44,087 nucleotides of DNA, from positions 4,417,688 to 4,461,774 of the forward strand of contig CP070758.1 of assembly GCA_020348925.1 (NCBI GenBank), given 5' to 3'. The DNA is from Gemmatimonadota bacterium (lineage in GTDB: Bacteria; JBHIER01; G020348925). Below, one piece after another: positions 1-9,924 of the stretch. The position numbers and the translations under genes were made by a program. Position 1 is the first letter of the stretch; each line of letters begins with the position of its first letter. The notes beneath the pieces are model-generated. The model saw only the letters and a program-made list of their open reading frames with translations. It was not told the DNA's origin and did not search any database.

Positions 1-2
1 AT

Positions 3-2345
3 GTGTGCCAGGTGACCTTTGAGCGCGCCCTGAAAAATATGGAACACTATCCGGATTTCCTGTACGCACAAAGTCAGGCTCAGGCCTATGCCTGGATGGA
101 AGAACGCCATCCTGAGCTGTTTGAGAGAATAAGAAAACGAGTTGAGGAGGGAAGATGGATCATCGTCGGCGGAACGTGGGTCGAGCCTGACAACAACCTG
201 CCCAGCGGCGAATCACAGGTTCGACAGATTCTTTACGGCAAAAGGTATTTTAAAGAGAAATTCGGCTTTGATGTGAATATCGGGTGGATACCCGATTCCT
301 TCGGATATGCTTGGACCCTGCCCCAGATCTATCGAAAGTCCGGTTTCAAATACTTTGTTACCCAGAAACTGACCTGGAACGATACCAACGAGTTCCCATA
401 CAAAGTCTTCCACTGGCAAAGCCCCGACGGCAGCCGGCTCTTTTGCTATTTTCCCTACACATATACTCATGACCTGGGTCCGAGGCGCCTGGCCGAGCAA
501 TTTCTTGACTATCATAAACGCACCGGATTGAAGGATCAACTTGTCCTCTACGGGACAGGGGACCATGGCGGCGGACCGTCGGAGCAGATGATCGACCGGG
601 TCCAAACCCTCAATGAAATTGGCACGTTCCCCACCGTTCGCCAGGCGAACCCCCAGCGTTTCCTTGATAATCTTGAGCAACAGACGGAAGACCTTCCAGT
701 CTGCAATGATGAGCTATACCTTGAATACCACCGCGGTTGTTATACAACCCAGGCTCTCATCAAAGAGCGGAACCGGCGGTGTGAGATGCTTCTGGAGACA
801 GCGGAGAAACTTGCCTCGTTTTCGCAGTTACCATATCCCGCCGAGGATCTCGAGAAGGCCTGGAAAAAGACCCTCTTCAACCAATTTCACGACATCCTGC
901 CCGGGTCTTGCATCCCCCAGGTGGTGGTCGATGCCAACGTCGACTATGATTGGGTGGAGAAAAAACTGAATGGTATCATCTCAGGGTCTCTCGGGGATAT
1001 AGCCGGACGAATTCATATACACAGCAGAAAAGGAATCCCGGACCGGACGGATATGAAAGAGACGATGGAGATTCCTGTCGTTGTATTCAATCCCTTCTCA
1101 TGGTCTCGAAGCGATATTGTAAAAATTGTCCCTGACCTTTCTTCGCTGCAGAATTTCCATATATCCGATCAAAGTGGTATTGAATGTGTGCACCAGGAGT
1201 ATGGTGATACACTTCTCTTTTTTGCCAAGGATGTTCCACCTCTTGGATATAAGACCTATTGGATCCTGGCCCCCTCGGCTCGCACTCCTCATAACATAAC
1301 CAATGCGACTGGAAACAGTATTTCCAGTCAGTGGTTCCAACTTGACATCAATCCCCAAACGGGCAACTGGGCTAGATTGTATGACAGGAAAAGGCAGGTG
1401 GATGTTCTGGAGCCTGGCATGGCGGGAAACGTATTGCAGGCTTTTGAGGATGTCCCTGAAGCCTGGGATGCCTGGAATATCGGCTACACCGGAAGGAGTT
1501 GGAATATCGAAGATGTGGAAAGTATCGAAATCATCGAACAAGGTCCTCTCCGCGCCAGGATGCGTATCGTCCGGACCTTTGGAAAATCCCGTTTCATTCA
1601 GGATATCATTCTCTACAATGATATTGCCAGAATCGATGTTGAAAACCAGATCGACTGGCATGAAGATCATATCCTCTTAAAGGCCGCCTTTCCCGTCAAT
1701 GTGCGGAGCGACGTGGTCACCTGTGAAATACCCTATGGCACCATAGATCGGAAGACCATGCCTGTGACCTCTCAGGACAGTGCCAAATTTGAAATCTCGG
1801 CCCATAAGTGGATTGACATGTCCGATGGTTCATACGGTGTCGGGCTGTTGAACGATAGCAAATATGGCCATGATGTCAGGGGAAACATGATGCGCATCAC
1901 CCTGCTCCGATCCCCCAAGTGGCCGGATCCCGGGGCTGATATGGGGCATCATTCTTTCACCTATTCCCTCTATCCCCATGCCGGGGACTGGCGAGAAGCA
2001 CAGACCCACCGCCGTGGCTACGAACTGAACTGTCCGCTGATCGCTCGCATTGAATCACCCCACACAGGCGAATTGCCGCCTCAACACTCCTTCGTTTCAA
2101 TCGAACCGGAAAATGTCGTCCTGTCGGTCGCCAAGAAAGCCGAAGACAGTGAGAACCTCATCGTGAGATTCTACGAGCTGTGTGGAACGGAAACACGAGC
2201 CGAAATCTCTCTTCCCCTTTCGTTTCGGGGAGCTCATGAAACAGATCTCCTGGAAAATCTCGGGAGTGAGCTTGAGGTTAAGGGAAACACAATTTATGTT
2301 CCCACCAAACCCTATGAGATCAAAACGATAACCGTCGAGTTTTAA
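3..2345 (+). CDS. GH38 alpha-mannosidase (5'-truncated by window edge)
   Basis: GH38 motifs GGTWVEPDNNLPSGESQVRQ, WIPDSFGY, ELYLEYHRGCYT and NQFHDILPGS, plus C-terminal beta domains (LLNDSKYG, TLLRSP). The ORF is open at the window start. Confidence 0.93.
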   Translation: MCQVTFERALKNMEHYPDFLYAQSQAQAYAWMEERHPELFERIRKRVEEGRWIIVGGTWVEPDNNLPSGESQVRQILYGKRYFKEKFGFDVNIGWIPDSFGYAWTLPQIYRKSGFKYFVTQKLTWNDTNEFPYKVFHWQSPDGSRLFCYFPYTYTHDLGPRRLAEQFLDYHKRTGLKDQLVLYGTGDHGGGPSEQMIDRVQTLNEIGTFPTVRQANPQRFLDNLEQQTEDLPVCNDELYLEYHRGCYTTQALIKERNRRCEMLLETAEKLASFSQLPYPAEDLEKAWKKTLFNQFHDILPGSCIPQVVVDANVDYDWVEKKLNGIISGSLGDIAGRIHIHSRKGIPDRTDMKETMEIPVVVFNPFSWSRSDIVKIVPDLSSLQNFHISDQSGIECVHQEYGDTLLFFAKDVPPLGYKTYWILAPSARTPHNITNATGNSISSQWFQLDINPQTGNWARLYDRKRQVDVLEPGMAGNVLQAFEDVPEAWDAWNIGYTGRSWNIEDVESIEIIEQGPLRARMRIVRTFGKSRFIQDIILYNDIARIDVENQIDWHEDHILLKAAFPVNVRSDVVTCEIPYGTIDRKTMPVTSQDSAKFEISAHKWIDMSDGSYGVGLLNDSKYGHDVRGNMMRITLLRSPKWPDPGADMGHHSFTYSLYPHAGDWREAQTHRRGYELNCPLIARIESPHTGELPPQHSFVSIEPENVVLSVAKKAEDSENLIVRFYELCGTETRAEISLPLSFRGAHETDLLENLGSELEVKGNTIYVPTKPYEIKTITVEF

Positions 2346-2493
2346 AATGATTCCAATCTCAATAAAAAAACTTAAATCGATAGGATATTTTCTTGAAAGC
2401 GGAGCGCGATGAGAATATATTTGTTTCTGTTGCGATATTTTTTGAAAACTCCCAATGGATTCTCTGAAACCTGCATGATTGACTGAGTATATA

Positions 2494-3756
2494 ATGAGCA
2501 GAGAGAGAGACGAAGAATACATTGAGGCCAAGTGGAAACTGGAAATGCAACTCCAGGAGGCCACGTCAAAATTGGAGGAGATGGTCAGAAACTGGTCTGA
2601 CGAGCTGTTGAAAAAGCACCGGCTTTTAGCTGAGCAACAGGAGCGTGTCCGGGAAGCTTACGAAGCACTCCAGGAAAAAGACCAAAAGCTCGAGGAATCT
2701 GAGCGAAAGTACAGGGCCATCGTCGAGAGTGCGGGAGATGCCATCATCTCACTGGATGCCGAGAATACGGTACTCTCCTGGAACGAAGGCGCTCATGAGG
2801 TATTCGGCTATTCACAAGATGAGGCGATCGGTAAGAATATCGATGAGCTCCTCATCAAAGAGGATATTAGAGATGAAGCGCTTCAACTGACTCGCAAAGC
2901 CCACGGCGGCGAGAAGATCATGACCTTCGAATCCGTTCGGTATGCGAAGGATGGCAGACCCAAGAACGTCCTCATCACCGCGACACCCCTGAAGGATCCT
3001 CAAGGACGCACATATGCAATCTCCCTCATTTACAAGGATATTACACAACTGAAAATTGCGCAGCAGCGCCTCATCCAATCCGAGAAGCAGGCGGCTTTGG
3101 GTCTTATTGCGGGCAGTATCGGCCACGAGTTGAACAACGCTGTGGGTGAAATGCTCATCTACGCGAACCTGCTCAAGAAGAACCCGGAGGATGTCGAGCA
3201 GGTGAAGGAACTGATCGATACAATTGGTGAGATCGTGGAGAGGTGTTCCATCCACAGTCGCGACCTTCTGTCCCTTTCACGGCCGGCCGAACCTGAGATG
3301 AAAACCCTTTCTCTTGAGACAATCCTCGAGGATACAACCCAGACAATGGTCACGTGTGGTCTCCTGAAACGGTTCACCATTGTCCGAGACTATACTCCCA
3401 ATCTCCCATCGGTCCTCGGTGACAGGAATCAGATTGAGCAGATCATCAGAAATCTTGAGATCAATGGTGCTCACGCCATGGGTGATGAGGGAACGCTGAC
3501 GATAGGGACAAGATGTTCGAAGGACGGGCAGTTTGTCGAATTCCTCATCAAAGATACAGGCCACGGAATGTCGCAGGAGATCCGGGAGAAAATCTTCGAA
3601 CCCTTTTATACGACGAAATGCGACGGCGCAGGAACGGGATTAGGCATGCATGTTGTTAAAGGAATTGTGGAACAGCATAAGGGTTATATACGTATCGAAA
3701 GTGAGGTGGGCAAAGGGACGACAATGATTGTCGGCATTCCCACGAGGAAGAGATAA
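2494..3756 (+). CDS. Cytoplasmic PAS-domain sensor histidine kinase (coiled coil + PAS + HisKA + HATPase)
   Basis: PAS (AIVESAGDAII..WNEGA..FGY), H-box GSIGHELNN, N-box NLEINGAHAM, G1 DTGHGM, F-box IFEPFYTTK, G2 GTGLGM. Start taken as ATG 2494. Confidence 0.92.
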   Translation: MSRERDEEYIEAKWKLEMQLQEATSKLEEMVRNWSDELLKKHRLLAEQQERVREAYEALQEKDQKLEESERKYRAIVESAGDAIISLDAENTVLSWNEGAHEVFGYSQDEAIGKNIDELLIKEDIRDEALQLTRKAHGGEKIMTFESVRYAKDGRPKNVLITATPLKDPQGRTYAISLIYKDITQLKIAQQRLIQSEKQAALGLIAGSIGHELNNAVGEMLIYANLLKKNPEDVEQVKELIDTIGEIVERCSIHSRDLLSLSRPAEPEMKTLSLETILEDTTQTMVTCGLLKRFTIVRDYTPNLPSVLGDRNQIEQIIRNLEINGAHAMGDEGTLTIGTRCSKDGQFVEFLIKDTGHGMSQEIREKIFEPFYTTKCDGAGTGLGMHVVKGIVEQHKGYIRIESEVGKGTTMIVGIPTRKR

Positions 3757-3760
3757 ACGA

Positions 3761-5260
3761 ATGGAAATTATCTTAGCCGGGTATAATATCGATACGGACG
3801 TTTTGCATGAGATGATGGTGAAAGCCGGTGACCGTCAGGATGCGACGCCGGAGACGCTTTCGGCGGCCTACGCCCGCATCAGCCGAAGTCCAGAACCGGT
3901 CAACGAGCTCCGTCGTGCTGCTCGGGAAGAGGTGGAGAAATCCAGAAAATCCAACCGAAACATCATCTTCGGTATGGGCCATCATTCAGTGGCCGAGCAT
4001 GCCGTCTTCAACTTCGACATCATGGGCGTCTCCCGACTGGCCATCGAGGAGATCGAGAAGTTCCGTCTCAATTCCTACACCGAGAAATCGCAGCGCTATA
4101 TTACTCTCGGTGATGATTTTGTCATTCCCAAAGAGATACTCGACTCGCCGTTCAGAGACATTTTTGTGGACACTGTCAAAAGTCAAAACCGGCTCTATCA
4201 TAAATTGTACGAAACGCTAAAGACCCATGTGTTTGAAAAACATTCGGATATAGCTCAAGAGAAGAAGAACCGTTCAATCCTGGACGGTTGGGCCAAGGAG
4301 GATGCGCGCTACGTCACATCTTTGGCCACCGAAGGGCAATTGGGCGCAACCTTGAACGCCCGGAATCTGGAACTTCTCTTTCGGCGCTTCGCATCGCATG
4401 AACTTTCCGAGGTTCGGGAGATTGGCGAAAAGATGTTTCGCAAAGTGGAGAAGGTCGCACCTTCGATCATCCTCTTCACTGAAGCCAACGACCACGATCA
4501 GAAAACCTATCCAGCCCTCAGAAATCTCGCGGTAGAAAGAATGGAGAGGGATCATTCCGATTCCCAAAAATTTTTACCGGATGATGTCACCATGGTCAAT
4601 CACACCGCCGACGCGGACAACATCAGCGTCGCGACACTGCTACACACCTCCACGCATCAACCTTTTGCACAATGCCTTGACAGAACGAGGAAAATGAGCT
4701 TCGGTCAAAAGAGGGAAATGGTGAAGGCGGCGTGCCAGCATATGGAACTGTATGACAGCGCGCTGCGAGAATTCGAATACGTCGATGCGACCTTCGATCT
4801 CATCGTCTCCGCTTCCTGTTTTGCACAGTTGAAGCGCCATAGAATGGTTACTCTCACCTGTCAGGGATATGATCCGGAGTTACATGTAACCATCCCGGAG
4901 TCGATCACCGCCACAGGGATGGAAAAAGATTTTCTGGAACTTATTACAAAAACAGAGGATGTGTATAAAATAATTCATCGTCAATTACCCGCAATCGCTC
5001 CATACATTCTGACAAACGCCCATCGGAAACGTGTTTTGCTCAAGGTCAATGCCAGGGAGCTTTACCACATGTCGCGGCTCCGCCAGGACGCCACGGCCCA
5101 GTGGGACATTCGGCAGTTGACGGGCAGAATTGTAGCTCAGGCCAAGGATGTTATGCCTCTCACGCTTCTTATTGCCGGCGGCAAGGACGAGTACCCGCAA
5201 ATTTATGAAGACGTATACGGACATTCGCCAAAAGTCATGGAGGCGGAATTACCGACGTAG
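3761..5260 (+). CDS. thyX: FAD-dependent thymidylate synthase, tandem two-domain form
   Basis: GHHSVAEH, SYTEKSQRY, EDARY and NARNL in domain 1; QLKRHR, NAREL and AQWDIR in domain 2. About 500 aa, twice the usual ThyX length. Start ATG 3761. Confidence 0.88.
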   Translation: MEIILAGYNIDTDVLHEMMVKAGDRQDATPETLSAAYARISRSPEPVNELRRAAREEVEKSRKSNRNIIFGMGHHSVAEHAVFNFDIMGVSRLAIEEIEKFRLNSYTEKSQRYITLGDDFVIPKEILDSPFRDIFVDTVKSQNRLYHKLYETLKTHVFEKHSDIAQEKKNRSILDGWAKEDARYVTSLATEGQLGATLNARNLELLFRRFASHELSEVREIGEKMFRKVEKVAPSIILFTEANDHDQKTYPALRNLAVERMERDHSDSQKFLPDDVTMVNHTADADNISVATLLHTSTHQPFAQCLDRTRKMSFGQKREMVKAACQHMELYDSALREFEYVDATFDLIVSASCFAQLKRHRMVTLTCQGYDPELHVTIPESITATGMEKDFLELITKTEDVYKIIHRQLPAIAPYILTNAHRKRVLLKVNARELYHMSRLRQDATAQWDIRQLTGRIVAQAKDVMPLTLLIAGGKDEYPQIYEDVYGHSPKVMEAELPT

Positions 5261-5451
5261 ACTTTTTTTCTCTGCCCAATGTGAGGCGTCTCCGAATTAT
5301 ACGTCCTTTTCTGGGAAGAATGCAGAAAACGACCTCTGCAACGATGAAACCCTGCACTCCTCCTTTCTGACTCGTTGAATTCATTGAATAAATAAGCTGG
5401 CCCGGAGTGAAACGTTCTATCATTTTCGTTGTAACAACCTCGAAAAAACAC

Positions 5452-5480
5452 TTGCCAAGAAGGGGTCGGATAACTATTCT
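5452..5480 (+). promoter_or_regulatory. sigma70-type promoter
   Basis: TTGCCA(5452-5457)-N17-TATTCT(5475-5480). Confidence 0.5.
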
Positions 5481-5486
5481 TAATTT

Positions 5487-5600
5487 TATCGATGGCACAT
5501 AGCCCTTCGATAGGATTGAAAAAGGAGGTGATCCTATTCCGATTTGTTAAAATTCTCCTGTTTCTCAAGAATTCTTGAAGACAGGATCATTTATTCTTTA
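5487..5600 (+). ncRNA. Candidate small RNA with an extended SD (AAAGGAGGTGATCC) in a hairpin
   Basis: Follows a sigma70-like promoter. Hairpin ATAGGATTG/TGATCCTAT encloses AAAAAGGAGG. A second hairpin, TCCTGT..TCAAG/CTTGA..ACAGGA, is followed by a T-rich tract. No ATG follows the SD. Confidence 0.35.
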
Positions 5601-5854
5601 TCAGGAATATACTGCTCTGCGGGGGCAAGTATACCTATCCGCAGTCTTATGATGCCGTCCCCTGAAAGTGATGGAGGCGAACTTGCTCCCATTATCTCTA
5701 CATACTGACGACATGGAATTTACCTCGTGAGAGGTTTTTTTCTTTTTCCGCTGATATCTCTCAAAAGACATCTCCTGCCGGTATTTTTCGAACCGCATGA
5801 ATGGGGAACTTCGAAATATTTCAGACTACGATTCTATTATCGATGATATAAATA

Positions 5855-5896
5855 TTGACAGGTATATGGATTTATAGTATATTGCCGTTGTCAATA
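5855..5896 (+). promoter_or_regulatory. sigma70 promoter with flanking inverted repeat (putative TA autorepression operator)
   Basis: TTGACA(5855-5860)-N17-TATATT(5878-5883); inverted repeat TATTGACA(5853-5860)/TGTCAATA(5889-5896). Confidence 0.65.
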
Positions 5897-5913
5897 ATAA
5901 AGGAGATGGGAAA

Positions 5914-6009
5914 ATGGAAGTGGTCGTTTCCCCAATGTATTCTGAGTTCCGTGGGGCCTCTATGGGAAGGGACGGTCCTCTCCACCGCGAGGCAGGGGAT
6001 CGAGTATGA
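5914..6009 (+). pseudogene. Internally deleted AbrB/MazE-type antitoxin remnant (31 codons)
   Basis: MEVVVSP... start and ...FRGASMGRDGPLHREAGDRV* end resemble AbrB-type VapB termini. SD AAGGAG precedes it, and its stop overlaps the ATG of the PIN gene (GTATGA). Confidence 0.5.
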
Positions 6010-6373
6010 TTTCAATCGACTCTTTCGGCTGGGTCGAATTCTTCATCGAAGGCTCACGCGCAGACCAGTATGACCTTACTTTCAGATTTCCTATGATGTT
6101 CTGACTCCCAGTGTCGTTTTATACGAAGTTTACAAGAAATTCGCAAGAGAGAAAAACGAAGAAAAGGCATTCTTGGTCGCGGCTCAGATGCCAGAAACAA
6201 GGAGCGTTCATCTCAAGACTGAAACTGTTCTGTCAGCAGCTGATTTGAACCTCATGTACGAGCTTCCTCTGACAGATAGCAGTCTTTATGCGACGGTGCA
6301 AAAAGAACAATGTCCAGCCGTTACGTCCGATCCGCATTATGAAGGACAGGATGACGTTTTCCCTAATCAATAG
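6006..6373 (+). pseudogene. vapC: Frameshifted PIN-domain (VapC-like) toxin
   Basis: Frame A reads MISIDSFGWVEFFIEGSRADQY. After a one-base shift near 6070-6080 it reads YFQISYDVLTPSVVLYEVYKK...LSAADLNLMYELPLTDSSLYATVQKEQCPAVTSDPHY, with PIN acidic residues D5, E, D and SD. About 122 aa if repaired. Confidence 0.8.
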
Positions 6374-6417
6374 ACTGGACACGACTGCGGTATCTGAATT
6401 TTTCCCACAGGATCGCT

Positions 6418-7029
6418 ATGAACAAATCAGTAGAGGAGATTCTCGTTTTCCCGACCTCGTTATTCAAGGAGTTGGGTTATTTTCATGGATTCAGCCCTGA
6501 TGTTGAAAGATTCATTCAGCCCATAACGGATGCCGCCCGTTTTGTCCCCCGACCTCCGGCCGAGGAGGATCCCTCCCTGAAGCAGATTATTCCCTATGTC
6601 ATGATACGTCACAGGGACCATATTTTCCGGTATAAGCGAACCCGCAGAGGTGAGGAGGAGCGGCTTCATACCAAGTATTCGGTCGGCGTGGGCGGTCACA
6701 TCAATCCCTTTGACAAATTCGACCTGTTCGCCGCCACAAAGTCCGTTATCGAAATGGGTATGGAACGGGAAGTGGCTGAAGAAGTCATAATAGGTATACC
6801 CTACACCGCCCAGTGTGTGGGATTGTTGAATGACGATTCGAATGACGTCGGTAAAGTCCACTTCGGGATCGTCTATCAGCTCGATGTGGCTGAACCGAAA
6901 GTCGAAATTCGGGAAAGGGGGGCCTTCACCCAGGGAAGTTTCGTTCGGGCTGATGATCTCCGCCGCGATTTCGATTTCTTCGAGACGTGGTCTCAGATTT
7001 TGATCGAATCGTATGTATCGAAATCGTAA
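6418..7029 (+). CDS. NUDIX-family putative phosphoesterase (COG4112-like)
   Basis: AEEDPSLKQIIPY, EERLH.KYSVGVGGHIN, REVAEE Nudix-like box, NDDSNDVGKVHFG, ETWS. Confidence 0.85.
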   Translation: MNKSVEEILVFPTSLFKELGYFHGFSPDVERFIQPITDAARFVPRPPAEEDPSLKQIIPYVMIRHRDHIFRYKRTRRGEEERLHTKYSVGVGGHINPFDKFDLFAATKSVIEMGMEREVAEEVIIGIPYTAQCVGLLNDDSNDVGKVHFGIVYQLDVAEPKVEIRERGAFTQGSFVRADDLRRDFDFFETWSQILIESYVSKS

Positions 7030-7050
7030 CATTTACAGGGGAAATATGTT

Positions 7051-9774
7051 ATGAATCACTTTTCACATGTTCTCTTCTCTCTGCTTTCGATTGTTTTACT
7101 TTTTCAGAGCCCTCGGGTGAATGGTGTCGAGGATGAAGAAGTGAAAGGTGTTTCGGGGAAAAAGCTCGTCGAGGAAACCTGGATGAGCACCTTTGTGAAC
7201 GATGTTCAGGTCGGCTATTCCCACATGAAGACATACACCATCAAATACCATGGTCATGACGCGCTTCAGTTCGTATCCGACCGCTTGATGAGAGCCAAAA
7301 TTCGCGGCCACAAGTACGAAACATCCGGTTCGACAACGCTCATTGTCAGTCCCAAGTATGAACCCCTCTATTTCAAAGTGGTGAGAGGGTCCGGGCGACA
7401 CGAAATGTCTGCAGAGGGTTCCAGGGACGAAGATATGATGATTGCCGAGAAACACTCACCGTGGACGTCGAGTCAGGTGAACATTCCTCTGGAACCGAAC
7501 GTCTTTTTCCCGGGGCATGAGTTGAAAGCCATGGAGGACACCGAAATCGAGCTCGGGGTCAAGTATATTTTTAAAATTATTGATATTGAGGATCTTCAAG
7601 TGAAAGAGTGGCCGATGATGCTCCTGGAGCGCAGACCGTTTGAACCCGACAGCATTCTTATCTTTCCCGAGGCGGAGGGACCACTCCATGTCGAGAAATG
7701 GTCTGTGGGCGACAACATCATCCAGTATTGGAAAGACGGCACAGGAGCGACATGGCGGAGAGAGGAAGGAAATCAATTCAGCCTTCGAACGACCCAAGAG
7801 AAGGCGATCGATTTTGCTCCCGAACTGGATATCTGGGAGAACATCGCCTTCAAGAGTGACAAGGTGATTCTCAACTCGAAAAAGACATCTGAAATGAAGA
7901 TCCAGTTTAAAGTCAAAGGTATTGCCTGTGGAAATATCTTCGGGGAGGATGAAAGATTGCGCGTCGTTGAAACCACGGAGAAAGAGGACACCTGTATCGT
8001 TGTTGTCCATTCAACGGTTCCTGCTCTCAGTGAGAGTGCAGCCGTCGATCTCCCTGTCGATGAATCTGATTTTGAAGCGTATCTTGGGGCGACACCATAT
8101 ATTCAATCGGACGATACGACCATCGTAAACTTAGCCCAAGAGATTGTTGGGGAGGAGCGAAATGCCTACAAGGTTGCCGTGAAGCTGTGCGAATGGGTCC
8201 ACTTCAATATTGATTACCGTTTTCTGTTCTCCAATGTGACCGCCCGGGATGTCCTGAAAACCAAGTCCGGCGACTGCAGCGAGTTCTCCCTCCTGTACAC
8301 GGCTATGGCCAGAGCCGCAGGTGTTCCCACCAGAGAATGTCAGGGGATCGTTTACGGGAGTGACGGGAAGTTTTACCGCCACGCCTGGATCGAAAGTTGG
8401 GTCGGCGAGTGGGTCACCATGGACCCCACGTGGAACGAACTCATCGCCGATGCCACTCACCTCAAGTTTGGTGAAATGTACGAAAGTACGCCGAAGTCGA
8501 TTACACCCGTGGATATTCGAGTGTTGGATTATGCGTTTGAGACGGAGCGTCATACAGTGCGGATGAGTGACATTGACCTGAACCTTGGTTTCGATTATAA
8601 CGATTCCCTTTCGAAAAAATACAGTTCTCTAAAAAAGAAGCTGATTGAACTCAAAAAAAGTACTGGCAGTGGAACGACATCGATTGAGAGATTCAACGCC
8701 TATCGACAGGAATTGTCCGATTTTATTTCCAGATACTCCATGAGCATATCCGCGGTGAATGCACGACACGACATAGCAGAGACATACTTCTTCACAGAGG
8801 ACTATGACAAAGCCATCGCAGAATTGGAAGCCTTTATTGATGCCTACTATTATCTCAACGAAGAGCTGACAGGTTCTTCACTCCATAGAATCGGTGAGTG
8901 TTACCTTCGTATGAAGAGATACGACGAGGCTCTGAGTACATTCAGAGAAGTCAAGGAGCGGTACCCCCAGAGCAGAGCCGTTGACAACATGGTCATTGAC
9001 GTCGAAGAGATAGCCCATTACCTCTGGGACCGGAGCCGATACCCTGAGGCGATTGAACAATATGAGGAAATGATGAATCTCTTCCCGTCACGAAAGACAG
9101 TCTACCAGGAAAAATTGGCTGACATCTATTACAGTCAGGGAGAGTACGATAAGGCCCTTAACCAGTATGATGATATGATTGCCCTCTACCCTGATCGCAA
9201 AACGATTTACAATGAACAGATTGCCCTTCTCTATCGCCGTCTGGGTCGCATCGAAGATGCCGTCTCGAAATTTGAAGAAATGATTGAGCTCTTTCCTGAA
9301 AGAGAGATGATCTATCGGGAGCAGATTGCGGATACGTACAACAAGGCAAAACGTTTTGATGAAGCCGTCGTCACCTACGAAGAGCTTGCCAGACTTTTTC
9401 CTGAAAGGGAAACAATCTATTTTGGACAGATCGCCAAAATATTCCAGAACCAGGGGAATTATCAGAGAGCCATCACTCAGTACGAACAATTGGCGAAACT
9501 CCATCCCGTGAAGACTAAGATTTGCTATGAGCAGATTGCAAAACTGTATCTTGGGCAGCAGATGTACGCTGAAGCAATTGCCCAATACGAATATTTAATC
9601 GAGCTGTTTCCCGAGCGTAAGATGATCTATCAGGAACGCATAGCTTCCGTCTATGAGAAGGAACAAGCATACGATAAAGCCATATCTCAGTATCAGGAGC
9701 TCATCCGCAATTATCCCGAGCGGGAGAAAATATACACGGATAAAATCGAAAAGCTTTCACACCAGGAACCCTGA
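7051..9774 (+). CDS. Exported transglutaminase-like cysteine protease domain protein with C-terminal TPR-like repeats
   Basis: N-terminal signal peptide; triad motifs GDCSEF, HAW and MDPTW; C-terminal helical repeats. Confidence 0.85.
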   Translation: MNHFSHVLFSLLSIVLLFQSPRVNGVEDEEVKGVSGKKLVEETWMSTFVNDVQVGYSHMKTYTIKYHGHDALQFVSDRLMRAKIRGHKYETSGSTTLIVSPKYEPLYFKVVRGSGRHEMSAEGSRDEDMMIAEKHSPWTSSQVNIPLEPNVFFPGHELKAMEDTEIELGVKYIFKIIDIEDLQVKEWPMMLLERRPFEPDSILIFPEAEGPLHVEKWSVGDNIIQYWKDGTGATWRREEGNQFSLRTTQEKAIDFAPELDIWENIAFKSDKVILNSKKTSEMKIQFKVKGIACGNIFGEDERLRVVETTEKEDTCIVVVHSTVPALSESAAVDLPVDESDFEAYLGATPYIQSDDTTIVNLAQEIVGEERNAYKVAVKLCEWVHFNIDYRFLFSNVTARDVLKTKSGDCSEFSLLYTAMARAAGVPTRECQGIVYGSDGKFYRHAWIESWVGEWVTMDPTWNELIADATHLKFGEMYESTPKSITPVDIRVLDYAFETERHTVRMSDIDLNLGFDYNDSLSKKYSSLKKKLIELKKSTGSGTTSIERFNAYRQELSDFISRYSMSISAVNARHDIAETYFFTEDYDKAIAELEAFIDAYYYLNEELTGSSLHRIGECYLRMKRYDEALSTFREVKERYPQSRAVDNMVIDVEEIAHYLWDRSRYPEAIEQYEEMMNLFPSRKTVYQEKLADIYYSQGEYDKALNQYDDMIALYPDRKTIYNEQIALLYRRLGRIEDAVSKFEEMIELFPEREMIYREQIADTYNKAKRFDEAVVTYEELARLFPERETIYFGQIAKIFQNQGNYQRAITQYEQLAKLHPVKTKICYEQIAKLYLGQQMYAEAIAQYEYLIELFPERKMIYQERIASVYEKEQAYDKAISQYQELIRNYPEREKIYTDKIEKLSHQEP
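9004..9738 (+). repeat. Seven tandem ~35-aa TPR-like repeats (~105-nt period) within CDS
   Basis: Repeated E(Q/K/R)IA..Y...G.Y..AI..YE.L..LFP(E/D)R..IY. Confidence 0.8.
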
Positions 9775-9924
9775 TCCGCCTGGCGGATGGGCCTCTGCTT
9801 CGCACCGCAGCTGACTTGAAACTTCCTCTTCAAGTGCCCCAAACTTGAGATCTGAGTCCTGTATATGAAACCTCCGACGTGAACTTCGAGAACCGAGACA
9901 AAATTCAGCGATCTGCAATCATAT

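Noticed and set aside
5521-5534. 16S rRNA gene fragment on the minus strand
   Set aside because: Only 14 nt match and the flanks do not resemble rRNA. Treated as an SD-like element instead.
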